A stretch of 64,000 bases of DNA, taken from the NCBI GenBank assembly GCA_965242525.1, contig OZ251459.1:736001-800000 (forward strand), given 5' to 3'. This document shows positions 9,316 through 18,989 of the stretch, one piece after another. The stretch comes from an uncultured Candidatus Binatia bacterium (lineage in GTDB: Bacteria > Desulfobacterota > Binatia > UBA9968 > JAJDTQ01). A program made the position numbers and the translations under genes. The notes below the pieces were generated by a model. The model saw only the letters and a program-made list of their open reading frames with translations, made no database searches and was not told the DNA's origin. Every line of letters begins with the position of its first letter. The stretch's first letter is position 1.

Positions 9316-10515
9316 ATGAAGATCGACCTACAGATATTGAAGGATGCTCTCAGCGGGACGGCCGCGGCGTTCCGATGCGTGACCGACTATCAGCCGACCG
9401 GTGGACCGGGCGACAAGGTCTTCCCGCCGACCTATGAAGGCGGCAAGTACGCTACCGAGGAGCGTAAGGCTCCGACCGGCGAAGTTCGGCAATGCGTCCT
9501 TTTGGATTCGGTGCAGTCTCAGGCCAACCGCATGGAGCTGGCGTTGTTGGAAGCGCATCGCGCCGGCAAGATCCAGCTTCCCTTGCTGGTGACCCGTTTC
9601 GATCAGGACGAACTGCCCAAGAAGTTCTCGGTGACGAGCCTTGACGCGCCGCATCGAGTGGCGGACGCGCTTTTCCGCGACAGCCTGCTCGGCGGTATGA
9701 GATTCCGCGAGTCACTCAAGGGTGCGGTTCTCGACACCGCTGAGGTTCGCAATGCCACGGGACTGTTCGGGATCTGCCCGACGGCGTTGGTGTTCGGACT
9801 GTGGGACTCCACCGGACCTCGCGGCGGATTGGGCGCCAAGTTCCAGCGCGCGATAGTTTCGGAAATCACGGGCTATGACGCCGTGCCGGGACAGAAGACG
9901 GCTAGCCGCATTGACCCCGCGGGAATTCAGCTCGGCGCCGGTCCATTATATGAGCGCAAATCTGAAAACGACGGTGCTTCACACTGGACCCTGAACGAAA
10001 AGGAGGGCAACGGAAAGCTGAAAAAGACAGGCAGGCCATCGGAGGCGAACCACGGAAACGTTACTCCGAGCATCTCCGAAGGCGGCTTCACCTTATCGAA
10101 GGCACGGCAGACTACCACGTTGTCGCTGGCTGTCTTGCGCCGTCTCCGTTTCCCTCTCAACGGCGCAGCGGACTCGGAGCGCGACACCGATCTAGCAGCG
10201 CGCACCGCGCTGGCCGCGCTGGGGCTGGCCGCCGGAAGCTTGGCGCGGGTCGATACAGACCTTCGTTCCCGCTGCCAGTTGTTCGCCGAACAGGAATCCG
10301 TGTGGCAACTGCTCGACCGCCCCGGGGCTACTCCTCAGGAGTTCGACCTGGATCCCGAAGCTGCACTTCAGTTGTTGGATCAGGCCATCAGCGAGGCCAA
10401 GGACGCTGGCCTGCCGTGGGAGGGTGAGATCGAGATGGTCCCATCTCCCGATCTGGTCGAATTGGTCCGCCGCAGTCAGGAGTTGGCAAGCGCTTCGGAC
10501 GGAGATAACGGCTGA
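9316..10515 (+). CDS. cas7: type I-G CRISPR backbone protein Cas7 (Csb1)
   Basis: KVFPPTY, LLDSVQSQANRME, SLDAPHR..DA, PTALVFG.WDS, LRSRC. Confidence 0.95.
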   Translation: MKIDLQILKDALSGTAAAFRCVTDYQPTGGPGDKVFPPTYEGGKYATEERKAPTGEVRQCVLLDSVQSQANRMELALLEAHRAGKIQLPLLVTRFDQDELPKKFSVTSLDAPHRVADALFRDSLLGGMRFRESLKGAVLDTAEVRNATGLFGICPTALVFGLWDSTGPRGGLGAKFQRAIVSEITGYDAVPGQKTASRIDPAGIQLGAGPLYERKSENDGASHWTLNEKEGNGKLKKTGRPSEANHGNVTPSISEGGFTLSKARQTTTLSLAVLRRLRFPLNGAADSERDTDLAARTALAALGLAAGSLARVDTDLRSRCQLFAEQESVWQLLDRPGATPQEFDLDPEAALQLLDQAISEAKDAGLPWEGEIEMVPSPDLVELVRRSQELASASDGDNG

Positions 10516-12818
10516 TGTTTGCCCTTGGCCTCCGTTACCTGAACGGGTGGTCCATGGCGGCGGCAGACGGGGCTCGCAAGGAGCGGGTCGAGTGGCCACC
10601 GCATCCGGATCGGGTGTTCATGGCTTTGGCGGCAGCTTGGTTCGAGACCGGTGAAGACCTTGCGGAAGGCGCGGCATTGCGCTGGTTGGAGGCTCTGCCG
10701 CCCCCGGCTATCAAGGCTTCCGGGGCCGCTAGTCGCGCTGCAACTGTAAGCTACGTGCCGGTCAACGACGTACAGGCCGGGTTGGCCCTGCTGCCCGATC
10801 GCCGTTCGCGCCAACCTCGCCGTTTTCCCGTTGTCATCCCCGATAACCCGACGGTGCATCTGATCTGGTCGGAAGCCGACCTGGGGGCGCATTGCGTCGG
10901 TTTGGATCGACTTGCCGCCAAGGTCACTCACGTGGGGCATTCCGCCTCCTTCGTGCAAGCGTGGCTGGAGGTCAGTCCCCCATTGCCGAATTGGATTCCG
11001 GCGAATGGGGTCGCCCGCAAGCGATTGCGTGTTACAAGTCCAGGCCGTCTGAAAAATTTGGCGACGAGTATGAACCGTGACGCATTGCTTGCCTACAGCG
11101 ATCTGCGCGGCGAGATCGAGCAGGCTAACGCCGACCTCAAGGAGATGAGCCACCCACCGAGGTCGGCTTGGCAGAAGTTCCCGTCCGTCGTCCTGCTGGC
11201 GGGCGAATCCGAAGTCAAGCAACATTCCGAGTACGCTGCCGCAAAATCCGGCGACGCTCTGGCCGCAACGAACCTGGTCGCGAGCCTGGTCAACGAAGAA
11301 GGCGCCGCTGCGGTGCGGTCATTGATCGCCGAAGCCGACCCAAGCAGCGAACCTGTGCTGGTTGGCGCCCACGCGTACGAACGAGACGGCGTCAATGCCA
11401 TTCCGGCGGCTTTGGCTGAACTGCTGAGCACGAGTCTTGGGATCTCGGATGATATTACTACTGTCGTACAGACCAACGTCGTCTCGCACACAGGAGCGGA
11501 CGGTTATGGGCGTCTCGCCCGTCAGGCTTGCTTTGAGGGTCACATTGACAAGGGGCGGGAGTACCTGATGGTGGATGATTTCATCGGTCAAGGCGGCACC
11601 TTGGCCAACCTGCGCGGCTGGATCGAGAAGCAGGGCGGCAAGGTCATCGGGGCCGTTGTCTTGACCGGCAAACCCTACTCGGCCAGACTCGACCCTTCAC
11701 AGGAGCAACTGGATGAACTCAGGCAACGACACGGCAAAGACCTCGAAAAATGGTGGCGGGAACATTTCGGTCACTCCTTCGACTGCCTCACTCAATCAGA
11801 GGCTCGGTACCTCGCCCGCTCCCCGGATGTTGACACCATCCGAAATCGACTTGCTGCGGCAAAGCAAGAAGGAAATCGCCCAGGTCGCACGCGAAGCCCT
11901 GGCGAGCAAAAACGGTACATCGCAGACTTGAAGGCTCGTCTTCCCAAGAGTCCGCCCGCGCCGAGCCTGCGTCCGGGGCCGGGCCGCTGGCAGGGCTATG
12001 ATCCACCACCGGCAGATGATGCACCGAAGGAGCGTGGCTCGGTTTTCGATCCGCAGTTCATCGTTCTTGGCGTCAGCGGCAACCTCGTATCCCTGCCGGC
12101 CACGCTCAAGCTCACGACGGCCCTGCGCGGCCTGTTGATGAAAGAGTGTCCCCAACAGCCGCCGCCCGAATGGTTCAGCGGCCATCGCCCAGACGGAAAG
12201 GCGACGTCCGAACCGCATCTCGCCTTGGCGCCGCTCCCGTTCGTCGGCTCGGAGCACGCGGATGGCCGTATCTTGGGGTTGGCTATGGTCTTGCCAGCGA
12301 AATTGGAGCGACAGGAGGCCGGGCGCTGCCTCGAACCTTTGCTGCGCGATTCAGCGACGGGCCTCCCCCGCGAACATCGGCTGTTCGGCGGCCGATGGTT
12401 CGACATCCGTGTTGCATTGGAAACTCGAGAACGCCCGCCCATGAACCTCAGCCCGCGCACCTGGACGCAGCCGTCGCGGGTGTGGGCTACAGTGACCCCG
12501 GTGGTCCTGAACCGGCACTTCGATGGCGCAGACAAGTGGGAGCGGGCAGCCGAAAGCGTGAAGGAGGCATGCCTGCATATTGGCCTGCCGCGTCCGCGCG
12601 AGGTAATGTTGCACCCGGTTTCACGCGTTGAAGGTGTGCCTCATGCCAGAGACTTCCCACAAGTGGAACACAAGAATGCCGGCGGTCGCCGGAGCCATGG
12701 TCATGCAGTGATCGTCTTCGATGAACCGGTGCGCGGGCCTGTGCTGGTGGGCGCAGGTCGTTTCCGCGGCTATGGCTTGTGTCGCCCCATGGATGAACGA
12801 AGTGATGACCGCGACTGA
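10515..12818 (+). CDS. csb2: type I-G Csb2 (Cas5/Cas6 fusion) with an inserted phosphoribosyltransferase-like domain
   Basis: N-terminal EWPPHPDRVFMAL..A and VTHVGHSAS; C-terminal W.TVTP and GPVLVGAGRFRGYGLC glycine loop; central VDDFIGQGGT PRPP-loop motif. Confidence 0.92.
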   Translation: MFALGLRYLNGWSMAAADGARKERVEWPPHPDRVFMALAAAWFETGEDLAEGAALRWLEALPPPAIKASGAASRAATVSYVPVNDVQAGLALLPDRRSRQPRRFPVVIPDNPTVHLIWSEADLGAHCVGLDRLAAKVTHVGHSASFVQAWLEVSPPLPNWIPANGVARKRLRVTSPGRLKNLATSMNRDALLAYSDLRGEIEQANADLKEMSHPPRSAWQKFPSVVLLAGESEVKQHSEYAAAKSGDALAATNLVASLVNEEGAAAVRSLIAEADPSSEPVLVGAHAYERDGVNAIPAALAELLSTSLGISDDITTVVQTNVVSHTGADGYGRLARQACFEGHIDKGREYLMVDDFIGQGGTLANLRGWIEKQGGKVIGAVVLTGKPYSARLDPSQEQLDELRQRHGKDLEKWWREHFGHSFDCLTQSEARYLARSPDVDTIRNRLAAAKQEGNRPGRTRSPGEQKRYIADLKARLPKSPPAPSLRPGPGRWQGYDPPPADDAPKERGSVFDPQFIVLGVSGNLVSLPATLKLTTALRGLLMKECPQQPPPEWFSGHRPDGKATSEPHLALAPLPFVGSEHADGRILGLAMVLPAKLERQEAGRCLEPLLRDSATGLPREHRLFGGRWFDIRVALETRERPPMNLSPRTWTQPSRVWATVTPVVLNRHFDGADKWERAAESVKEACLHIGLPRPREVMLHPVSRVEGVPHARDFPQVEHKNAGGRRSHGHAVIVFDEPVRGPVLVGAGRFRGYGLCRPMDERSDDRD
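11713..11931 (+). CDS. putative 72-aa nested ORF in the +1 frame of csb2
   Basis: AGGAG at 11701-11705 seven nt before ATG; helical-looking C-terminus LTPSEIDLLRQSKKEIAQVAREALA. Confidence 0.4.
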   Translation: MNSGNDTAKTSKNGGGNISVTPSTASLNQRLGTSPAPRMLTPSEIDLLRQSKKEIAQVAREALASKNGTSQT

Positions 12819-15800
12819 TTTGCAAGCGACGGATTTCAGAGAGTTCTTCACCGCGTTGTGGGACAGGCCTCCCTTCGCTTGGCAGCAGGCACTGGCAGAA
12901 CGAGTTCTGGAGAGCGATTCCGGTGGCTCGCCCTGGCCCGAGGCCATCGCGTTGCCTACGGCGTCCGGCAAGACCGCTTGCATGGACGTTGCGGTGTTCG
13001 CCTTGGCGGCCCAGGCGTCTCGATTGGCCCAAAGGCAGACCATCACCGCGCCGCGCCGCATCTTCTTCGTGGTTGATCGGCGCGTGATCGTGGATGAGGC
13101 CCATGAACGGGCTAAAAGGCTTGTCAAGAAGCTGGAACGTGCGGAGGACGGCGTTCTCGGTAGGGTCGCGGATAATCTCCGGCAGATCGCTCACGGAGCA
13201 ACAACGGGCTTCGGTGGCGAGCATCCGTTGCCGCTGGCGGCCCACCTGTTGCGCGGCGGCATGTATCGGTCGGACGCATGGGCTCGCAACCCGTTGCAAC
13301 CCACCGTCGTTGCATCGACCGTCGATCAGATCGGCTCCCGCCTGCTGTTCCGGGCCTATGGGCGCGGCTCCGGTACGTGGCCGATCTATGCCGGACTCAT
13401 CGCCAACGACAGCCTGATCCTGCTCGACGAGGCGCACTGTGTACAGCCGTTTCTCCAGACCCTGCAAGCCGTTCGGTGTTTCCAGACCTGGGCGCAAGAT
13501 CCCCTTCGTCGCTGCTTTCATCCCGTGGTCATGTCGGCAACCCCTCCGCCGGATCTGACGGATCGATTCGACGACCAGTCCGGTGAACGCCACGATCCTC
13601 AACATCGGCTCGGCCGTCGCCAATTGGCGCACAAGCCCGCGGTCTTGCAACGAGTCGAGAAGGCGAGGGGAAAGCAGGCCACAAGCGTGTTTGCTCAGGC
13701 GCTGGCCGACGCCGCAAGGGAGTTGGTGGACGAACGGCGGCGCGCCATCGTGGTATTCGTCAACCGCGTTGCCACGGCGCGGGAGACCCATCGGCTGTTG
13801 GCTGCCGATGACCGTGACCAAGCCGTTCTGCTCACGGGCCGAATGCGTCCCGTGGACAAGGACGACCTGGTTGATCGGTTGAAGGTCCTGCACTCCGACC
13901 GCTCAGGGGAGCGTTCCTTGACAAAGCCTCTGATGGTCGTCGCCACCCAAACGCTGGAAGTCGGGGCCGACCTCGACTTCGATGGCCTCGTTACCGAGTG
14001 TGCGAGCCTCGACGCCTTGCGGCAGCGTTTTGGCCGCTTGAACCGCATGGGGCGACCCATCGAGGCGCGAGCGGCGATTCTCGTGCGCGGCGACCAGGCT
14101 GACGCAACTGAGGTCGAACAGGCAGGGAAGAAGAAAACGAAGGAACCGGATGATCCCGTTTACGGGAACGCGTTGTCCCGGACTTGGGCCTGGCTCAACC
14201 AGAGCAAGGACGAAAACGGTGAAGTCGATTTCGGGATCGCTCATCTTGACTCGTTGTTGCCACAAGGTGGTTCCCTGGCCGCACTGAACGCGCCATCCCA
14301 CAACGCTCCGGTGATGCTCCCCGCGCATGTCGATTGTTGGGCGCAGACGTCGCCCCAACCAGACCCTTCACCCGATGTGGCCCTGTTTCTTCACGGCCTA
14401 CGGGAAGGCGCCGCTGACGTGCAGGTTTGCTGGCGCGCTGACGTGGATCTGACGAACGAACGAGCCCAGTCAGATACGCTTGAGTCATTGTCCCTGTGCC
14501 CGCCGAGCAGTAGTGAAACACTCCCGGTTCCCATCGGTGTATTCAAACGCTGGTTGGCGGGGAAAGACATGGAGGACGACAGCGCTGACTTGGAAGGTGT
14601 CTGGGCAGGTGCCGGAACGGATGAAGAGGGTTCGTCTCCTGTGGCTCATGCGGTCATTCGTTGGCGCGGCGCCGAGACGGATCATAAGGATGTCACGGCG
14701 AAGCCCACCGATATTCACCCGGGCGACGTCATCGTAATCCCGGTCGACCATCCCGGTCCGTGGAGGCAACTCGGCGACCTGCCTACGGATCTCGATGATG
14801 TAGGCGATGCGGCCTATCGTCTTGCACGAGCCAAGCCCATTCTCCGCCTGCACCGGAAGCTGGTGGATGCGTGGCCGGTTTCCATGGCGACCAAGGAGAC
14901 CGCCTTCGAGTTGCTGAACGATCTGGAGCGGAAATACGAGGACGACCCCGACGAAGTCGTTGGTACCGTTGACGATTTGCTGACGGAGTTATCAGAGACG
15001 CCCGAAACGTTCCCGGGAGGCAGGTCTCGGTTGTTCGACGCCGCGAGGGAGCTCGAAGCGGAGTTTTCTTCGCCAAAATTACGCCCCGAGTGCCGCATCA
15101 TCGGAGGTAGAAGCTTGGTCGTCGTCGGACGCCGTCCCATCCCGGAACTCCTGCAGGAAGCCGATCATTTCAGCGACGAGGATGATGCCGTCGCCTCCGG
15201 CACTTCACATAGAGACGGACGTCCTGTCCGTCTGTCCAGGCACCTTCCCGGCGTTGGGGAGTTCGCAGGTCTTCATGCCGTGGGGTGTGGACTGCCGGAC
15301 GAATTGGTGGACGCCGTCACTCGCGCCGGCCGGCTGCACGACCTGGGCAAGGCCGATCCGCGGTTTCAAGCCCTGTTGCAGGGCGGCGCTCGCTGGTTGG
15401 GCGGGGAACCTCTCGCCAAATCCTTCGGAATGCCCAAGACGAGCAAGGCTCGCCTTCGTGCGTCGGGGACTTCCCGTTACCCGAAAGGCGGTCGGCACGA
15501 ACTGCTTTCGGTGCGTATGGCCGAAAGTGTCCCTGCACTCCTGCCGGAACGGCAGGAACTGCGTGATCTGACCCTGCACCTGATCGCCAGCCATCACGGT
15601 CACTGCCGACCGTTCGCTCCCGTAGTTTGCGATGAACAAGACATCCCGGTGGTTTTTGAAATGCAGGGTCACCGCTTGCAGTGGTCCGGAGCTACCGGCC
15701 TGGAACGGCTTGATTCCGGCGTAGCCGATCGTTACTGGCGCCTGGTGCGGCGCTATGGCTGGTGGGGTCTGGCTTGGTTGGAAGCCCTGTTACGACTCGC

Positions 15801-15849
15801 CGACTGGAGGCGGAGTGAGTGGGAGGAAGCACACGGTGGTGATGAGTGA
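12805..15849 (+). CDS. cas3: type I-G Cas3, SF2 helicase with C-terminal HD nuclease
   Basis: PTASGKT, DEAH, MSAT, QRFGRLNR; C-terminal HDLGKAD, RHE, HHG, RLAD; ATG 12805 overlaps the csb2 end. Confidence 0.96.
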   Translation: MTATDLQATDFREFFTALWDRPPFAWQQALAERVLESDSGGSPWPEAIALPTASGKTACMDVAVFALAAQASRLAQRQTITAPRRIFFVVDRRVIVDEAHERAKRLVKKLERAEDGVLGRVADNLRQIAHGATTGFGGEHPLPLAAHLLRGGMYRSDAWARNPLQPTVVASTVDQIGSRLLFRAYGRGSGTWPIYAGLIANDSLILLDEAHCVQPFLQTLQAVRCFQTWAQDPLRRCFHPVVMSATPPPDLTDRFDDQSGERHDPQHRLGRRQLAHKPAVLQRVEKARGKQATSVFAQALADAARELVDERRRAIVVFVNRVATARETHRLLAADDRDQAVLLTGRMRPVDKDDLVDRLKVLHSDRSGERSLTKPLMVVATQTLEVGADLDFDGLVTECASLDALRQRFGRLNRMGRPIEARAAILVRGDQADATEVEQAGKKKTKEPDDPVYGNALSRTWAWLNQSKDENGEVDFGIAHLDSLLPQGGSLAALNAPSHNAPVMLPAHVDCWAQTSPQPDPSPDVALFLHGLREGAADVQVCWRADVDLTNERAQSDTLESLSLCPPSSSETLPVPIGVFKRWLAGKDMEDDSADLEGVWAGAGTDEEGSSPVAHAVIRWRGAETDHKDVTAKPTDIHPGDVIVIPVDHPGPWRQLGDLPTDLDDVGDAAYRLARAKPILRLHRKLVDAWPVSMATKETAFELLNDLERKYEDDPDEVVGTVDDLLTELSETPETFPGGRSRLFDAARELEAEFSSPKLRPECRIIGGRSLVVVGRRPIPELLQEADHFSDEDDAVASGTSHRDGRPVRLSRHLPGVGEFAGLHAVGCGLPDELVDAVTRAGRLHDLGKADPRFQALLQGGARWLGGEPLAKSFGMPKTSKARLRASGTSRYPKGGRHELLSVRMAESVPALLPERQELRDLTLHLIASHHGHCRPFAPVVCDEQDIPVVFEMQGHRLQWSGATGLERLDSGVADRYWRLVRRYGWWGLAWLEALLRLADWRRSEWEEAHGGDE

Positions 15850-16771
15850 ACCGGATCCGGGTCTATTACTGAAAGGTCTCGATGGCGGCAATCTGCTGGG
15901 GTTCCTCGCATCCATCGGAACGCTACGGGCTGTAACCGAGGCAGACTCTTCGGTGAACTGGCGTATGAGATGGGAAGTGAACGGAGGTTGCTGGTCTCCT
16001 GTTCTCATGGGAGGCGGTTCGCTTACAGAGGATACTTTGATTGATCTACTGGTCCCTGTTCTAAGGCAGGTGAAGATGGATCCACCCCTGCATTCCTACA
16101 AGAACCTGACGATCAACCCTGAAGACTTCCGGGGTGTGGCTCGAGACGCTCAGACCAGAGCGACTTTCACCGACCGACACTGTGCGGATTTCGTTGCCGC
16201 CTTTGGTTGCGACATCCTGTCTGTGCCCGGGAAAGAACCGGGAAATATCCAGGACACTGCCCTCCGAACCATGAGTGGAGCAGGACATCAACACTTCCTT
16301 GATTCCATGCGAGATCTTGCGAAGAAAACCGAACCGGATCATTTGCGTAGTTCGTTATTCGAAACATGGCGATATGCAGACGACAAGCCGAACCTTCGCT
16401 GGGATCCCATGGACGACCGCCGACATGCCCTGCGTTGGAAGGAGCCTTCGGATGATCCCATACGGACGATGCGCGGCGCAAACCGCCTTGCCGTCGAAGC
16501 ACTGCCCTTGCTTCCCACCGCGCCTAGCCAACGCGAACTTCGTACGACCGGCTTCTCGCAACAGCGTGGCGAAGGTGTGTTGTTCTCGTGGCCAATCTGG
16601 AAAGTTCCCTTGAATATTGACATCGTGCGATCTCTGCTGAGTATGGCCGAGCTCAAGAAACCTGAACCGAATCGCGATATTCTCCTGAAGATGGGCGTCG
16701 TGGAGATCTACCGCAGTCAGCGAATTACCAGGGACAAATACCGCAATTTCACACCTGCCGTACCTGTATGA
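15842..16771 (+). CDS. csb3: type I-G short large-subunit protein Csb3 (Cas8g-type), ~309 aa
   Basis: L.GLDG.N.LGFLA..G, LRWDP, GANRLA.EALP, FSWPIW; lies between cas3 and cas4-cas1. Confidence 0.8.
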   Translation: MSEPDPGLLLKGLDGGNLLGFLASIGTLRAVTEADSSVNWRMRWEVNGGCWSPVLMGGGSLTEDTLIDLLVPVLRQVKMDPPLHSYKNLTINPEDFRGVARDAQTRATFTDRHCADFVAAFGCDILSVPGKEPGNIQDTALRTMSGAGHQHFLDSMRDLAKKTEPDHLRSSLFETWRYADDKPNLRWDPMDDRRHALRWKEPSDDPIRTMRGANRLAVEALPLLPTAPSQRELRTTGFSQQRGEGVLFSWPIWKVPLNIDIVRSLLSMAELKKPEPNRDILLKMGVVEIYRSQRITRDKYRNFTPAVPV

Positions 16772-18480
16772 CCCCCAACCAACAACTCTCCCTCGGTTTG
16801 CCTCCATCGCCCGTCCAGGGCGACGTGCCGCTCATTCCGGTTCGGATGATCAACGAATGGGTGTACTGTCCGCGGCTGGCCTTTCTGGAGTGGGTGGAAG
16901 GGGAATGGGCCGATAGTGGCGATACCGCGGAGGGGAAGCGCGCGCACGCCCGGGTGGACGAGGGCGGGGGACGGTTGCCGGATCCTGAAGGCCTTGGTGA
17001 CGACATGGCCCGGGCCAGGGCGGTTACCCTGTCCTCGGAACGCTTGGGGATCATCGCCAAGATGGACGTGGTGGAGGCGGACGAGGGGACGGTCACGCCC
17101 GTGGACTTCAAGAAGGGGAAACGGCCGCACGTGGCCGCGGGCGCCTATGAACCCGAACGCGTCCAGGTCTGTGCGCAGGCCATGATCCTGGAGGACAACG
17201 GCTATGCGGTGGACCGGGGGGCGTTGTGGTACACGGGCTCACGCGAGAAGGTGCCGGTGGTGCTGGACAACGAGCTTCGCGCCCGGACGCTGGATGCGGT
17301 CTCGGGCTTGCGCGGGGCCGCAATCTCGGGACGTCGGCCGCCGCCGCTCGACAACAGCCCCAAGTGCCCGCGCTGCTCGTTGGCGGGCATCTGCCTGCCG
17401 GATGAGACCAACCTGTTCCGCAAGGGCTATCCGCCGCGTCCCCTGAACCCGGCTGACGACCCGGCCCTGCCGCTCTACGTGCAGACGCCCGGCGCGAGGC
17501 TGCGCAAGAGCGGCGAACAGTTGATCGTCGAGGTCGAGGAAGAAAAGGTCGAAGTGCCGATGATCAACGTTTCCCAAGTCGCGCTGTTCGGTCCGGTCTC
17601 GGTCACGACACCGGCGCTGCATGCCCTGATGCGCGACGAAATTCCGGTCTCGTGGTTCTCTACCGGCGGCTGGTTCCTGGGTCACACCTTCGGGACCGGC
17701 AACGGAAACGTGATGGTGCGCGAGGCCCAGTATCGGTTCGCGTTCGACAAGGCCCGCTGCATGGGCTTCTCGCGCGCGCTGGTGGCGGCCAAGGTGCGGA
17801 ACGCCCGCACGCTGCTGCGCCGCAACTGGCGCGCCGACCGGAACGGAGACGACAAGGATGGGACGTTGGCGCGTCTCAGGCGTGTGGCCCAGCGAGCGCC
17901 CTATGCCGACAGCGTCCAGCAACTCCTGGGCATGGAAGGGGAGGGCGCGGCGATCTATTTCGCCAACTTCGAGAAGATGCTTGCGCCAGACGCCGGAGAT
18001 GAGTTTGCCGCGTTCGCCTTCTCGACGCGCAACCGGCGCCCGCCGACGGACCCCGTGAACGCAATGTTGTCACTGGCCTATGCGCTGCTGGCGCGAACCT
18101 TTGCCGCCGCGGTCTCGGCAACCGGACTGGACACCTACATGGGGTTCTACCACCGCCCGCGCCACGGTCGTCCGGCGCTGGCCCTCGACATGATGGAGCC
18201 GTTCCGTCCCCTGGTGGCCGATTCGTGCGTGATCCAGGTCATCAACAACGGCGAGGTCAAGCCGGGCGATTTCATCTTCAACGGCCCGGCGTGCGCCTTG
18301 AAGCCGCGTGGTCGCAAGGCGCTGATCGCCGCCTTCGAGCGCCGCATGGAACAGGAGACCACCCATCCACTCTTCGGCTATCGCGTCTCCATGCGCCGGT
18401 TGATCGACGTCCAGGCGCGGCTTCTCGCCCGGCACCTGCAGGGCGAGATCCCGACCTATCCGCACTATCTCCCCCGGTAA
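16768..18480 (+). CDS. cas1: Cas4-Cas1 fusion
   Basis: Cas4: YCPR, DFKKG, QVCAQ, C..CSL...C; Cas1: EGEGAA.YF, RNRRPP.DP.N..LS..Y, GFYH, ALDMMEPFRP. Confidence 0.97.
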   Translation: MTPNQQLSLGLPPSPVQGDVPLIPVRMINEWVYCPRLAFLEWVEGEWADSGDTAEGKRAHARVDEGGGRLPDPEGLGDDMARARAVTLSSERLGIIAKMDVVEADEGTVTPVDFKKGKRPHVAAGAYEPERVQVCAQAMILEDNGYAVDRGALWYTGSREKVPVVLDNELRARTLDAVSGLRGAAISGRRPPPLDNSPKCPRCSLAGICLPDETNLFRKGYPPRPLNPADDPALPLYVQTPGARLRKSGEQLIVEVEEEKVEVPMINVSQVALFGPVSVTTPALHALMRDEIPVSWFSTGGWFLGHTFGTGNGNVMVREAQYRFAFDKARCMGFSRALVAAKVRNARTLLRRNWRADRNGDDKDGTLARLRRVAQRAPYADSVQQLLGMEGEGAAIYFANFEKMLAPDAGDEFAAFAFSTRNRRPPTDPVNAMLSLAYALLARTFAAAVSATGLDTYMGFYHRPRHGRPALALDMMEPFRPLVADSCVIQVINNGEVKPGDFIFNGPACALKPRGRKALIAAFERRMEQETTHPLFGYRVSMRRLIDVQARLLARHLQGEIPTYPHYLPR

Positions 18481-18485
18481 CCGTC

Positions 18486-18779
18486 ATGGCCAACGAGCGC
18501 CTCTACGTCGTTACCTACGACATCGCCGAGCCGAAGCGATGGCGTCAGGTGTTCAAGACCATGAAGGGCTACGGCCAGTGGCTGCAACTGTCGGTCTTTC
18601 AGTGCCGGTTGACGGCGCGCAGAAGGGCGGAGATGACCGCACGCCTGGAGAACCTCATCCGGCCATCGGATGACCACGTCCTGATCCTCGACCTGGGTCT
18701 CGCCGACCAGGTCCATCCCCATGTGGAAAGCATAGGCAAGGTCTATGAAACGCCCACACGCCAGGCGACCGTCGTCTAA
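18486..18779 (+). CDS. cas2: Cas2
   Basis: YVVTYDI...KRW, LQLSVFQC. Confidence 0.96.
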   Translation: MANERLYVVTYDIAEPKRWRQVFKTMKGYGQWLQLSVFQCRLTARRRAEMTARLENLIRPSDDHVLILDLGLADQVHPHVESIGKVYETPTRQATVV

Positions 18780-18989
18780 CCCGAAAGATGCCGCGCTCCC
18801 CGCGAGTGCTCCATGAACTCCAAAACCCCAAGCAGCGCTCGCACGAGGACTTTCTCTCGAAACATCAGGAGGTTACCGGAGACCGTGACGAACATTGCAA
18901 GGAGAAATCGGGATGATCCGAAGCGACGGAGCTCAGCGCTCGCAATCCAGGGAAATAAGCCAGTCGATGCATAGAGATCGAAAGGAATG
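18780..18989 (+). promoter_or_regulatory. CRISPR leader
   Basis: Non-coding region between cas2 and repeat 1; CAGCGCTCGCA at 18833 and 18934; repeat orientation ending ATTGAAG and degenerate repeats at the far end agree. Confidence 0.8.

Noticed and set aside
11145-11873. Csb2 insert as an intein
   Set aside because: No N-terminal Cys/Ser block, no terminal His-Asn and no LAGLIDADG motifs; it has a PRPP-loop motif instead
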